Assembly (NCBI RefSeq): GCF_964213995.1
Contig: NW_027590274.1
Location: 1-64,000, forward strand
Direction of reading: 5' to 3'
Source of the DNA: Mustelus asterias
Taxonomy: Eukaryota
DNA: 64,000 nucleotides
Under the pieces are notes generated by a model. That model saw only the letters and a program-made list of their open reading frames with translations. It was not told the origin of the DNA and made no database searches. Of this stretch, positions 35,371-49,339 are shown in pieces (position 1 is the first letter of the stretch; every line of letters starts with the position of its first letter). Position numbers and translations under genes: made by a program.

Positions 35371-37194
35371 CAAACAATAAATGAATGACTGTGTTGATGC
35401 AGGAATGAATGACCGTTGAATGAATGATATGAATATCAGTTGGATGCCTGAATATTTTGATTGAGGAATCAGTGAACGGATTGGTGGATGCATTGTTAAA
35501 TGGTACTGAAAGATGCTGTTCCACATTCCCATATTTGTACTTGACTGGTTCATAAATTGAAACAGCTCCTTGATTCCATTTCTGTCAGCCTAATAACTTC
35601 AATGCTTCCAGAGGGTCTGGGTGAAATCAAACCCGATTTTCGAGGGAGTTAGCAAACTGATCCTCACGAAAAGAAGAGGGCATTTTCCTGCGGCACGGAT
35701 GGTTCATTTCTCTGCTGATGCTGAATATTCATATCCAAGATCGAAAGAGGGAACATGGTTTGGCTGAGGAGGAAGGATTGTAATATTTGAAACATGTGCA
35801 GCAAATCACTCACCATGCCCTCACCCAAATTAGTGAAGGTAACAAGCTGTAAAATAAATAATGTGGCAACAGATATATTGTGAAACTCACTGGACAACTA
35901 CAAGTGTTACATTATTTCCCAAAACAATGTAATAATGAATCGGGATTTAAAAATTCAGTAAAATCATATTAGGTGCAAGGTAGTGTAATTCATATCATTC
36001 CTTTGGAAATCATCACACCAGTTATGTATCAGGAGTTTAAAGCGCAGAGACTGTTGGGTAGCGACTCATGATCCTCAGTCTGAATTCGTTCAATTTCCCA
36101 CTGCATTCTGGGACAGATTTTTATCCTTGTTGACAAAAAGGTCAATACAGTGTCAAGAAATGTTAATATCAATAAATTATTCAAAGCAAAGTTGTACAAA
36201 ATGAAATACTGAAAACAAACAGAAAATGCTGGAAAATCTCAGCAGATCTGACAGCATCTGTGGAGACAGAATAGACCCAACGTTTCGAGTCTGGATGACG
36301 GTTCAGCAGAGTATTCCTAATGCGTTGGAGAGATTATCATTGTATCCAACAAGGCGTCAGACAAGCTGCATAACTTTCTTGTGAGATGTGAATAGTTCAA
36401 AGAGGCACTGTTTAATTATATGCACTATTTCGAGCCACACACAAGTTGCATGAACTTACATACCGATCCCAAATATCATAATCAACTTATCCATGCTAAC
36501 TGACCAAATCAACGTCTCAATCACTAACTATATCCTAAAGAAACTTCCTAATCCCTTTCCACCCTCATCAGTTCCCAATGTCATCGCCCTCTTCAATTTT
36601 CTCCAAATAAAAAAAGGGTCATCCTGATTCGAAACTTTGACTCTATTCTCTCACCACAGATGCTGTCAGACCTGTTGAGATTTTCAGAATTTATTATTTT
36701 TGTTTCAGTTTCCAGAATCCGCAATGTTTTTCATTTATTAAAATGCTGAATATAATTGGCGAAATAATTGTTTATCTGTATTAATTGATATTAATTGGTG
36801 AATTGGAACTACCCCGCCTGGATATTTCCCTCCAGACGCTCATAAACCTGACTTGGACATATATTACCGCTCCTTTAACGTCGCTGGGTCGGAGTCCAGG
36901 AGAACCCTTCCTAACAGCACTGTGGGTGTACCTACACTGCAGGTTGTGCAACGGTTCAAGGTGGCGGCTAACTACCAGCTTACCGAATGCACTTCGCAAT
37001 GTGAAATAAATTATAGCTTAGACAGTTACCCACCTTCCATAAAGTAATTTTAAATAGACTAACCTTTGTGAATGAATGAGAATTGGTGAATGCATTTATT
37101 AAATTGTGAATGGACGGTCATGAGTGAAAATAATTACTATCTTTCTGAACATTTATGACATTCTCCTTATTTGCTGGAAGATTTAAGGTTTGTG

Positions 37195-37497
37195 GGTCAT
37201 TTATTAATGTCACAAGTAGGCTTACATTAACAGTGCTTTGGAGTCACTGTGAAAATCCCCGAGTCGCCACACTGTAGCGTCTGTTCGGGTACACTGAGGG
37301 AGAATTTAGCCTGGCCAGCACACATTACCAGCATTCCTTTTCGGACTGTGCAGGAAACTGGACCACCCAGAAGAAATCCACGCATAAACGGGGAGAATGT
37401 ACAGACTCCGCACAGACACTGACCCACGCCGGGAACCAAACCAGTGGCCCTGGCACTGTGAGGCAACAGACCTAACCACTGTGCCACCATGGCACCC
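37195..37497 (-). mobile_element. tRNA-derived SINE (HE1-like head with gtaagcctacttgtgac tail)
   Basis: Same family as 9215, 56012, 60240 and 61256. Confidence 0.8.
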
Positions 37498-38199
37498 ACA
37501 ATTCCATGAGACATGCATGATTCAAATTTATCACACATTTTTGCAAACTAAACCGATGGAAGAGACTGTTACAACTACAGGCATATCTCAGTCATAACAT
37601 CACGGGAAAGATCTTTGCTGAGGTCACACTTGAAATACATCATCTGCTTGCAGACCGGGTATATCTGATGTGCAGTTTAGTGATTGTATTGGAAGATTTA
37701 CTCCAGCCAACAACTTCTCCATGTTCCATATATGTCCATATCCTTAACGTACTTCGGTCAATCTCGCTAAGACATTCACCACCGTCAGCAGGGCAAGGAA
37801 TACAGGATTTTGGTGATAACTGGTTCTACACCAAAGCTCCTAATATCCATTCATGATACAAAAACAATAACACACAATGACGAATGGTAGCTTAATGGGC
37901 AGCACTTGTGGCCGAACTAACTTTTCAAAAATTGGCCTCCTCAATCATCAGAAAAGGTGACATATGTAAAGGAAGCCAATCTGAATTGGATGTGTTTATT
38001 GTGTGTCCGTCATGTAGTGTAAATGGAAGGATGCACGTGATCATTGTGGAATTAATTTGTATCAAACACGGTGTATTTCACACAACACACACACACACCA
38101 AGATGCTCAATGTGGGTCCCGCAAGGAGCACTCGATTCCAGAAATGATTTGGAAAGAGTCCAAATATGGATTTTAAAAAATAAATTAAAAAGGTGAATA

Positions 38200-38830
38200 G
38201 AGAGTGCCTGCCCTTGACATGGACGCAGCGTCTGACCGTTTGTGGCATCAAGGAGCCCGAGCGAAACTGCAGTCAATGGGAATCAGGGGGAACAGAGTCC
38301 ACTGCCTGAGTCATACTGAGCACAAAGGAAGATGATTGTTGATGGCCAATCTTGCCAGTCACACGCATTGCTGCAGGAATTCTTCAGGTTAGTGACCGAG
38401 CCCCAAGCTTCAGCCTTCATCAAAGTTCAGAAGTGGGATTTTCACTGATGCTTGCACATAGTTCAGCACCAGTCGCGGCTCCTCAGATACTGAAACAGTC
38501 TGTGTCAATGTGCAGTAAGACTTCGAAAACATTTAGTGTTTGGCTAATGAATGACAAGGAACATTAATGCACAACAAGTGGTAAGCAATGACAGTCTCCA
38601 ATGAGGGAGATTCCAAACCACCCCCCATGACATTAAATGGCATGACCCATCGCTGAATTCGCCCACTATCAACATCCTATGAATTATAATTCGTGAAAAT
38701 CTGAACGGAGACAGACGTTTAAATCATGTGGCCACAGGAGCAGGTCAGACGCTCGGAGTTCTGCAGTGAACAACGCACCTCCTGAATTCCCAACTCCTAT
38801 CCATCATCTACAAGGCAAAAGGCTGGAGTA
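38200..38830 (+). mobile_element. Decayed non-LTR retrotransposon RT fragment
   Basis: Paralogue of 54250-55790. Confidence 0.6.
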
Positions 38831-39539
38831 TGAAAAAATATCACAGAACAGTCAAGCACAGGAACAGGCCCTTCGGCCCACCAAGTCTGTGCCGACACAG
38901 ATGATTGAATATTCTCTACTTGCCTGACGTGTGCCACTCAAAAGCTCAATGTCATTCTAGACAAAGTAGCTGGCTCGAAGAACACCCCACCCACCAGCTT
39001 CCCAAAGCTTGCCACCACATTCTCAAAGGAATTCATGGTTTGGCAACAAAAGCTGACTTTCCCAGTGACATCAAAATCACAACAATTTTAAACATACCAT
39101 ATCTCTGCCTATATTCAGCTAGCTTCTGCCTCTGTCTGTATTACAGTAGGCTGTGCCTGGATCATATTCCAGGAGGTCATGTCTAAGCTATTTCCTGCAC
39201 TTGGCTCAATATCAGGTGTTCGTATATGAGACACAGGCCCTGCTTATATTATAATTTCTAAGTTATGGCGGTACTGAGCCATGCTTCTGCTGATCTGACA
39301 AGAGGCCGTGTCTCGATTCTTGCTGCCTCAGAACATTTGCCACTGCATACTAAACTGGAGCAACTGTTTCATGCATGACACATGGTTCTGTCACAGTTAT
39401 TATGCGAATAGTTCATTAGATTTTGATAAATTAGATCCTGTTTACGTTAATGCTGCACCAGTCCATGTATTTATTTATTTAAGACTATGTCACGTCTCAG
39501 CTATAATTGCATTTTGCAATACCTCCTAATTGCTGCATT

Positions 39540-39860
39540 GTCCGTATCTCAGTGTGTATCAGTCTAGGCCTGTACCAGTAATTATTACAAATAAACTGGA
39601 CTCTGTCTCAGTTTACATCAGTCTAGGTACTGTATTAGTAATCATTACTAATACACTGGACTCTGTCTCAGTTTACATCAGTCTAGGTACTGTATCAGTA
39701 ATCATTACTAATACACTGGACTCTGTCTCAGTTTACATCTGTCACTGTCCTGTATCTATTTGTAATTATTACTAATGCACTTGACTCCGTCTCAGTCTAA
39801 AGAAATTTAGGTCCTGTATCATTAATTACTGGGCTCTGTCTCAGTTTATATGTATAAGCT
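39540..39860. repeat. 60-bp minisatellite
   Basis: CTCTGTCTCAGTTTACATCAGTCTAGGTACTGTATYAGTAATCATTACTAATACACTGGA repeats at 39601, 39661 and 39721 (partial). A degenerate paralogue is at about 56640-56870. Confidence 0.85.
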
Positions 39861-42344
39861 CCTATGTCCAGTAAAACTGCACTAGACACTGTCTCAGTTT
39901 TATTTTCCTCGACGTTGTCATATATATTTGTAATGTTTGTTTCATGGGATGTGGGTGTCACTGAAAAGATCAGCATTTGGCCTTTGACCATCCCCACATG
40001 GCACTCGGAAAGAAACCCATTTCTATTTTGCTGGATCAGGACCCAGTTTATGTTAAATTAGAGTCTGTCTCTGTTAATACACTGCTAGACTAGAAATCAG
40101 TTTATATTGCACTAGCCATACTCTCTGGGTAAGTAATATTTGATCCTGACCCTGTACATATTTCACTAGACTGTGTTAGTGTTATGCCTGCACTTAACTT
40201 TGCCTCTATTTGAATGATGTCTGCATTTCTCCGCGGTTCTACGAGAAGAAGAGATATTATGTTGGATGAAAAACAGTGGTCTCTGGCAGGATTCTGAAAC
40301 AGGCAGCATTGGATCGACAGTATTTGGTCGGTGCGGGCTTCCAGTGCCGAAGGGCCTGTTCCTCTGCAGTAACTTTTCTTGTTCTTTGTTCTGTGTTGAC
40401 AGTGCATGCTATACAGGTCTCAGTAACCATTTTCAATGCAGTCAGCAGAAGTAGATTTCAGATAACACTGCTTCTTTTCCTTATTTAAGAGGATGCAGAG
40501 AATTGTGTCCCCTTAAACACTTTCCTCATTACTGGCATTGTCCAGTGCAGTAAAAACTGAGACCATGTCCAATGCAATATAAACGTGGATAGGGTCAAGT
40601 GCAGAAATAAGACTCCATCTAGTTAAATACAAGCAGACAGGTCTAAATTAATACAAACCGATACAGCGGCTAGTTTGATATAAACTGAAACATGTTGATG
40701 CATAATATAAACAGGGACAAGGTCTAATTTAGTATAGTCAGAGAAAGCATCTCGTTTAATATGTGTAGAGATAGCGTCTCGTGCAACATAAACCGAGGCA
40801 TGACCTTATGTAATAGAAGCTGACACAGGGTAAATTTACTGTCTAATAAAGAGACTGGTTCAATCTCCATGAAATTTGGAGAGACGGCCAACTGCCCCAT
40901 CAAAAATTCACAGGACAGGAGTAACATGGGGTTAGCTGTAAAGTTCCCCCATGCATTGCCAAATTTAACACTCCCAAGTCAGGAATAGCATGATTTAGAT
41001 ACAAAGTGAACCTCCCTCTCACTATCAAAATAAAACATTCCTGGAAAAGCGAGACTGTCTAGAAACAGAGTGAAACTCCGTCAACAAAGTCTGCTCAAAC
41101 ACAATGAAGGCATACAGACCAGGGAATCTCTTCTCGGTAAAACCACTTCTGCATTTTTCCTTCAGAGAATCGGGAGGCAAGTTTGAATTGGTGTTCGGTA
41201 GAGGGGGAAGATCCCGCGACACAGTCCCATAAAATACACCCAGGTCAGGTACAGCAGAGATTAGATACGGATTAAATCTCCCTTTACAAGTAATATCAAA
41301 CATTCAAAGGGCAGGTACGTGAGTTTAGATGTAGGTTAAATATTCCTCTACACTGTCCAGTCAAACAGTCCAAGGGCAGGGATAAATACAGGGAAAATTT
41401 CTTTGGTACTGCCACATCGAATTCTTGTTACGAGGTACAATACAGGTTAGATACAGAGGAAAATGTATAAAATATCCCAAAATCATAGATGCTCAAGAGA
41501 TCTTTTAGAGTAAATCTCCCTCATGGATTCCAATTCATTGTGTTGCATTCCTTACAACTCCGGCTGAGAGAATACATTGGGCAACATTGAATTCAGATTG
41601 TGGAGGGAAGACGATGAACTATCGTGAAGAGACAAGACACAGAACCAGAAGGAGAAAGACAGAGAGAGAGAGATGAAACACAGGGAATTTCCACGAACAC
41701 ATTTGCCGTGTTATCACATTTCGGGATCAAAGGGATTATTTCCTAATTCTGAACATAGATATTGTCATGTTTTTTTTCTTCATATAATTGATGAATAACT
41801 AATGTATAAAAACAATCATTTCTGGAATCCGTTGATCGATTTGCATGTTTGTCTCTATTTCTGTGCTGTGTTGGTGGGGAAATATTTGTTGTGTTTTCGT
41901 CAGTCAACAATCTAATCTGGGATTTCTATTTCTGTGTTTATTTACATAAGCACCTCACTGTTTCCAATGAAATGTTAATGGCAGCAAAAACAGATAAACC
42001 GTCACTTATTCATTCGTTTCAACTCAAAATAGCGGTTATTTTAAGAATATTAACAGTTGGTTCAAAAAGAATAGAAATCTTTTTAACATAAATTACACCA
42101 GATGCTATTTAATTAAATGAATAAATACATTCTATTTAAGAATTTGTTCTGAAAGTTCTGATGTCACAATAAATAAAGTATCTGTGAACAGGCTGGTATT
42201 CCATTGAATGTTAATTTGATTGATGATCTAAATTGCTTCAACTCGACAAGTTAAAACAAAGAGAACTGATGTGTGAAATATTCCTGTCATAATTAGTGAT
42301 CAGACTCACACGAGGGAAGAATAAAAAATCCAGTGTGGTTATTA

Positions 42345-42830
42345 CTAAGTGATACAAGTAGCATTGCTGCCTCACAGTGACAGGGAAGCGGGTTCGATTC
42401 CAACCTTGGGTGACTGTGTGTGGTTTTTCACATTCTACCATGTCCATGTGAGTTTCCTCCGGTGCTCCGGTTTCCTTCCACAGTCCAAGGATGTACGGGT
42501 TAGGTGGATTGGTACGATAAATTGCTCCTTTGTGTCCAAGGATGAGCAACGTAGAATCACAGAATCCCTCCAGTGCAGAAGGAGACCATCGCTTCATCAA
42601 GTCTGAACCAGCTGTCCAGCAGGGCATCATTCCCAGGCCCAAGGTGGATTGGCGATTCTAAATTGCCCCTTAGTGTGCAACGATGTGTAGGTTAGAGACA
42701 TTAGCCTCTGAATATGTGAGGTTGTCGGGATAGGGTGAAGGCTGGGCCTGGATAGGATGCTCTGCTGGAGAGCAGCTGCAGACTTGATGGACCGAATGGC
42801 CTGCACTGGATTCTATGATTCTATGCTGCT
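42345..42830 (+). mobile_element. HE1-like SINE with a nested short SINE/LINE-tail fragment
   Basis: SINE core GTTTCCTCCGGTGCTCCGG, duplicated ggtggattgg...aaattgc and tail ttctatgattctatg. Confidence 0.7.
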
Positions 42831-43521
42831 ATGATCAGCAGAGGAATGAATATATTCGCATTAGTCTCTCAGCACTTCCAACGTATTACAACTTTCATTT
42901 TGGTAGAGCTTACATTTATAGAACCCTTTACCCGACCTCATGTAGTCCCAAAGTTCTTAAAACTCACTGATGTACCTTTGCTGAATTTAGTCACTGCTAT
43001 CATGTTGCAAATACAACAGGTAATGTACGTACAACAAACTCCCACAAACCGAGATGTGATAAATTCCAGTAAATTTGTGATTTTGTTTGAAGAATCAGTA
43101 TTAAGGTAGGATATTGGGGAGAACAGCCTTGCTCTTTAGAATTATATCAATGAGATTTTGCATCCTGGCATCGATTTTAAATGTGAATCTGGTTCTCTAT
43201 CTGCTGATGCACACTGACCTGCTGAGTAGCATTTGTGTTACTTTAGTTTTAGATTTCCAGAATCGGCAGCACTTTACACTGTTGTTATTGATCCTCTGGA
43301 TGTGAGCATCACTGACAAAGCCAACATTTAGTTGTCCCTGCTGAGAAGGCAGTTGTGAACCAGCTTGTTGAAACCTGCCCTCTGGATGATTTTATTATTT
43401 GTTTTTCCAAAGCAGCTTTGATACAACTGGATGGCCTGCCCGGCAATTTCAGTAGTGGCTAAGAGTCATTTTCATCATAGTTGAATTGGAGTCTATGCAG
43501 AACAGACAGGGTAAAGATAGG

Positions 43522-44044
43522 AATCTTCGGTTTTCAGTTATTTCCAAAGAGACGATTTCGTTTGAAGTATAAAAGCAAATTACTACGGATTCTGGAATTG
43601 AAACCAAAAGAGAAAATGTTGGAAAATCTCAGCAGGCCTGGCAATATCTGTGAGGAGAGAAAATAGCTGACATATCGAATCCAGATGACCTTTTGACAAA
43701 GTTTTGACAAAGGGTCATCTTTAATCGAAATGTAAGCTCTTCTCTCTCCTTACAGGTGCTGCCGGACTTGCTGAGATTTTCCAGCATTTTCTCTTTACTT
43801 TGTTTGAAGTGTCTTCGGGTGGAGTAAATTGATTCTGAATCCTGGGGCGGAGGAATTGCAGGCTGACCCAAGACTATCGTACTGAAGAAGACACTGTAAA
43901 CACTGTTCAGGGACCTGTCGGACCCAGACCATTCAGTTACTGCCAACATTGAACGCGTTGGCTTTGCAGGTCAGTCTCAAAGAGTTTCAGGGACGCCCAG
44001 TTTCTGCCTCTCGCTGACTCAACACAACCTCCGATTCGACACTT
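43522..44044 (-). pseudogene. IGHV: VH pseudogene (stops, frameshift, element insertion, 3' truncation, leader deleted)
   Basis: The minus strand reads [42 protein letters not shown]...KDTS[insertion]NEIVSLEI..LKTEDS and ends before YYC. No RSS, D or J follows. Confidence 0.88.
43569..43801. mobile_element. Penelope-like fold-back element inserted in the VH pseudogene
   Basis: Inverted arms around ttttgacaaag. TSD GTTTGAAGT at 43560-43568 and 43802-43810. Confidence 0.8.
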
Positions 44045-44075
44045 GTAAAAATATCTAAAATCCTATGAAAATAAA

Positions 44076-44390
44076 ACGCCACGCACTCCGGACATACTCG
44101 CTCACCTTTTTCCATCGGGAACAAGATACAAAAGTCTGAGGACGCGTATAAACCGACTCAAAAAGAATTTCTCTCCTGCTGCAATCGGACGTTTGAATGG
44201 ACCTACGTCGCATTAAGTTCATCTTTCTCTACACCCCAGCTATGACTGCAAAATTACATTATTCACTCTCTCCCTTCCTTCCCTATATACGTTATGCTCT
44301 GACTGTATCGTGAGCAAGAAACAATAATTTGCACTGTGCACTAATATGTGCGATAATAATAAGTCAAATGAAATCAAATGAAATATATCA
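44076..44390 (+). mobile_element. LINE 3' end (Rex1/Babar-like) inserted in the pseudo-VH leader intron
   Basis: Homologous to 16125-16370. Intron homology to 32975-33060 resumes at about 44390. Confidence 0.55.
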
Positions 44391-44784
44391 AAAGCACCAA
44401 GGATTATTCCTGGTGAATTGATTGCTGGCAATGGAACATTCCAGAGACAGACTAACACCGAGGGAGGAACAGTGAAATCCATTGTCATGTCTCTGCTCGT
44501 CCAAGAGTGAAATTGCATTCGAGCATCTGTTAGAAAAAATAAACAATTTCATTGTAAATTAAGTGCCTTTATTTCGTCACCCCTTCACAAGGGAATGGAC
44601 ATACACAGATGACATTACCTTATCAGGGTAAAGATGTCAGTCTGATTTGCAATAATTCTGTGTCTCTAACACTTTACAGCGAAATATAATTCATTCGAAG
44701 AATTATTATCGATTTATGTAACTTAATGCTGGGATGATTGTGTTTCAGGTGTGGATAGCTATCATTGTAATTTGGGACTGGATA

Positions 44785-45125
44785 TAAGAAGTAGGGAAGC
44801 AGTGGCCTCGCGTTATTATCGCTAGACAATTAATCCACAAACTCAACTAATGTTCTCAGGACCCGGCTTCGAATCTCGCCATGGCAGATGGTGGAATTTA
44901 AATTCATTAAAAACGTCTGGAATTAAGAATCTACTTATGACCATGACATAATTGTCGATTGTGTAAAAACCTATCGGGTTCATTAATGTCCTTTCAAGCA
45001 GGAAATATGCCGTCCTTACCTCGTCTGGCTGACATGTGATTGCAGAGCCACAGCAATGTGTTTAGCTCTCAACTGCCCTCGACAATGAGTGGGCAATAAA
45101 TATTGATCAGCCAGCGGCACCCATA
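44785..45125 (+). mobile_element. Deu-domain SINE (SacSINE1-like)
   Basis: ggcagatggtggaattt...ctggaattaag...gtccttacc...catgtga...cagcaatgtg; tail gggcaataaa. Confidence 0.7.
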
Positions 45126-45127
45126 TC

Positions 45128-45404
45128 CATAGAATCCCTGCAGTGCATTAGGAGCATATCGAGCCCACACCGACAACGCTCCCACCCAGGCCCTATTCCC
45201 ATCCCTGCTAATTCACTTGATTCTATGGGACAATTCATCATCGCCAAACAACCTAATTGGCATATCTTTGGACAATGGGAGTAAACAGGCAGACAATTGG
45301 AGAATGTGCAGACTACACACAGACAGTGACCCATTCCGGGAATTGAACCACGGTCCCTGATGCTGTGAAGCAGCAATGGTAACCACTATGCCACCGTGCC
45401 GCCC
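45128..45404 (-). mobile_element. HE1-like SINE
   Basis: Minus-strand head gggcggcacggtggcatagtggttac. Confidence 0.8.
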
Positions 45405-47239
45405 ACGAATAAATTAACAAAATAAACTCCTTATCTGATACAATGTTACACCTTATATTTCCCCAACAGCTCCTTAACCCTGTGAAAATTAACGGTGAAA
45501 GGAAACTTCTTGACTTACAATTAAGCATTGAGTTGACAGAGAAACAGAAATTGACATTGACTTTTGACAAAGAAGCTAATGAATTAGAACGGACACGGCA
45601 ATCAGGAAAGTTCTCCTTCAGCATCCAAATCATGACAGTTCATTTTATTGGCGAGCAGCTGGTATTGGGAACACAGGACATCAGGACTTTGCGGCATAAT
45701 GCACAATATCACAAGAATAAATATTTTATCTTTCACTGAACCAGGTTATGAACTGGTCATTTCGTCACTCATTGGCAGTTATGAGAGGGACTGTTAAATA
45801 ATCGAAACCAGATTATGCTGGACAACAGAACACGTTGTACATCAGGTATAAGTTTTTAATGAGGAGCAGAACATTGAGAATTTTCCAGAAATCCCCGCTG
45901 TTCAAGGTAGATATATGATTTTCTTTTACTTTTAATTATTTTCATTTTTGTGCCTTTACACTGACCTCATTGGACTGAGGGATTGGGGACATCAACATAT
46001 TTTTCCTGCACTTCATGAAGTTGTTCATAAAGAGGCTTTAATTGTTGGAAGGACATTTCTTTGGAAGCTATACAAATGAAATAGCATCAAGTCAATTGGC
46101 TAGTTTCCGATACTTTTTAATCACAGAATGAAAAGTGCATTCATTTAAAATATTTGCTTAGAAGAAAAACCATTTAAAATGTGCCTTCCTTTTGGGAATA
46201 AAACATTTATTGTATAACTGACGAAGTCCCATGTTATCCTTACAGATTCACGTTAATCTGTCCTACGCAGTATTTGGCAACTGTCCAGGCTGCTGCCAAA
46301 TACCCAAAAATATTGACAGGAAGCATCTGAGGGTGTTTGTTCAGTAAATCAAAAACCTGTTTCCTCAGTACTGAACACTTGGCTGCAAGCCAACCTCAAA
46401 CTCTCAGCATTGTCAATGGGGCCTATTAATAAACAAATCTACCCAGCAACAGTACTGGAGGCAATTTAATTATTTTTAAGTTGCAAACATCTATGAATGT
46501 TTCCCATTTCTTCGGAAAAGAAAGTATTCAGCTTCTCCGGCACCTTGTTAGCAACAATGATGATCTCTCCAACACAACAAAACATTGATGGATGGATATA
46601 AAAACAAATACCGGCAGATTATGAGATTGATTCAGAGAGGTGATATATTTTATACTAGATAAACATGTATGCTTGTGTTTTCTTTCACTTTATTCTTCCA
46701 TGGGACGTGAGAATCTCTGGAAAGGCCAACATTTATTCCCTTTCCCTAATTTCTCTTGAACTGAGTGGTATGCTAGGGCATCTCAGAAGGCATTGCCCAG
46801 TTAGTTATATTGCTGTCCGTCTGCAGTCACATCCTGATGAGACCAGGTAGGGATGGCAGATTTCCTTCATTGGGGAATCAGAGAGGTTTATCTGGTCGCT
46901 GTCAGTATGTATTCCAGATTTATTGATTGAATTCAAATTCCACCAGCTGCCAGGGTCGGATTTAATCTCGTGTCTCCACATCATTGGCCTGGGCTTCTGG
47001 ATTACTGGTACACTGGCATTAAGATTACGCCACCATCTACCCAACAATAAAGGAATACTTGCGTTGATGCAGGGATGAACGATAGTTGGATGCCTGAATG
47101 TTTTGATTGAGGAATCAGTGAGTGGATGGATGGATCTGACGATAGCTTGTCCTAAAATTTGCTGTTCTACATGCACAAATTTGTGATTTACTACTTCAAA
47201 AATCGAAGCAGGTCCTTTATTCCAAGTGTGTCAGTATAT

Positions 47240-49230
47240 AAGACCATAAGTCCATAAAACATAAGACATAGGAGCAAAATGAGGCCACTCGGTCCATCGA
47301 GTCTGCTCCGCCATTCAATCATGGCTGACATTTTTCTCATCCACATTCTCTTGCCTTTTCCCCATAAGCACTGATCCTCTTATTAATCACAAACCCATCT
47401 ATCTTTGTCTTAAAAACATCCAATGACCTCGCCTCCACAGCCTTCTGCGGCAAGAGATCCACAAATTTACCACACTCTGGCTGAAGAAATTCCTCCTCAT
47501 CTCTGTTTTCAAGGATCGTCCCTTTAGTCTGAGGTTATGCCCTCTGGTTCTAGTTTTTCCTACGAGTGGAAACATCCTCTCCACGCCCACTCTATCCAGG
47601 CGTCGCAGTAGCCTGAAAGTTTCAATAAGATCTCCCCTCATCCTTCAAAACTCCAACGAGTACAGATCCAGAGGACTCAACCGTTCCTCATACAGCAAGC
47701 GCTTCATTCCAGGAATCATTCTTGTGAAACTCCACTGGACCCTTTCCATGGCCAGCACATCCTTCCTTAGATATGGGGCCCAAGACTCACAATACTCCAA
47801 TTGGGTCTGACCAGAGCCTTGTACAGCCTCAGAAGTACATCCCTGCTCTTGTATTCTAGCCCTCTCGACATGAATGCAAACATTGCATTTGCCTTCCTGA
47901 ACCTGCACTTTAACCTTAAGAGAATCTTGAACAATGACTCCCAAGTCCCTTCGTATTTTTGATTTCCTCAGCATTTTCCCATTTAGAAAATAGTCTATGC
48001 CTCCATTCCTCCTTCCAAGCGCGTAACCTCACACTTTCCCAAATTGTATTCCAGCTGCCACATCTTTGCCGACTCTGCTAACCTGTCCAAGTCCTTCTGC
48101 AGCCCCCCTGCTTACTCAATATTACCTGTCCCTCTACATATCTTTGTATCATCTGCAAACTTAGCAACAGTACCTTCAGTTCTTTCCTCCAAATCGCTAA
48201 TGCATATTGTGAAAAGTTGTGGTCCCAGCACTGACCCCTGAGGCACACCACTAGTCACCGGCTGCCATCCTGAGAAAGACCCCTTTTTTCCCACTCTCTG
48301 CCTTCTGCCAATCAACCAATCCTCTATCCATGCCAGGATCTTACCCTTAACACCATGGGCATTTAACTTATTTAACAGTCTCCTTTTCGGCACCTTGTCA
48401 AAGACCTTCTGGAAATCTAAATAAATCATGTCCACTGGCTCTCATTTATCTAACTTCCTTGTTACCTCCTCCAAGAACTCTAACAGATTTGTCAGATATT
48501 ACCTCTCCTTCACAAAACTGTGCTGACTCATTCCTACTTTATCATGCCCTTCCATGTACTCTGCGGTCTCATCTTTGATAATGGAATTTAAAGTCTTGCC
48601 AATGACCGAAGCAAGGCTAACCGGCCTATAATTTCTCATCTGCTGCCTCCCTCCTTCTTAAACAGTGGTGTTGCATTCGCTACTTTCCAGTCCTCTGGTA
48701 CATTCCCTGCCTCCAGTGATTTCTGAAAGATCACCACCAATGCTTCCACAATTTTCTCAGTTATCTCTTTTAGAACCCTGCAGTGTAGTCCTTCCGGTCC
48801 AGGTGATTTATCCATCTTCAGACCTTTCAATTTACCCAGAATCTTCTCCTTAGTGATGGTCACTACAGTCACCTGTGCCCCCTGACTCTCCTGGAGCTCT
48901 GGCATTCCACTGGTGTCTTCCACCGTGAAGACTGATGCAAAGTAACTATTCAGTTCCTCTGCCATTGCTTTGTTTCCTGTTATTACTTCTCCAGTCTAAT
49001 TTTCCAGTGGTCCAATGGCAATTTTTGCATCTTTCTTACCTTTTTTTTATATTGAAAAAAACTCTCCCTGTCTTATTTCATATTACTACCTAGCTTACAC
49101 TCATATTTCATCTTCTCCCCCTTATTGCTTTTTTAGTTGTCCTCTGCTTGCTTTGAAATGCGTCCCAATCCTCTGGCTTCCCACTAATCTTTGCTGCTTT
49201 GTATGCTTTAACTTTTGCTTTAATGCTGTG
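47240..49230 (-). mobile_element. Decayed CR1 LINE (ORF2 RT region)
   Basis: ORFs 47399-48965 contain [29 protein letters not shown] and KSPGPEG. Confidence 0.92.
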
Positions 49231-49339
49231 CTGCAAAATTTAGTCCTTCCAGATTTTCTCGGTGAATTCAATCCGCGAGATATCGGGAACAAATGAACGA
49301 AGAGCAGTCTGATTTTTTTTTCCATCTGCTGATGGTGAC

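Larger units (their letters stand above)
33410..43520. repeat. Copy 1 of an old tandem segmental duplication (VH upstream region)
   Basis: Collinear similarity to 44500-59535, for example 33560~44625, 34600~46255, 39600~56680, 41810~58390 and 43300~59310. Confidence 0.85.

Noticed and set aside
39530-39775. Repetitive 81-aa ORF
   Set aside because: It is a translation of the 60-bp minisatellite.
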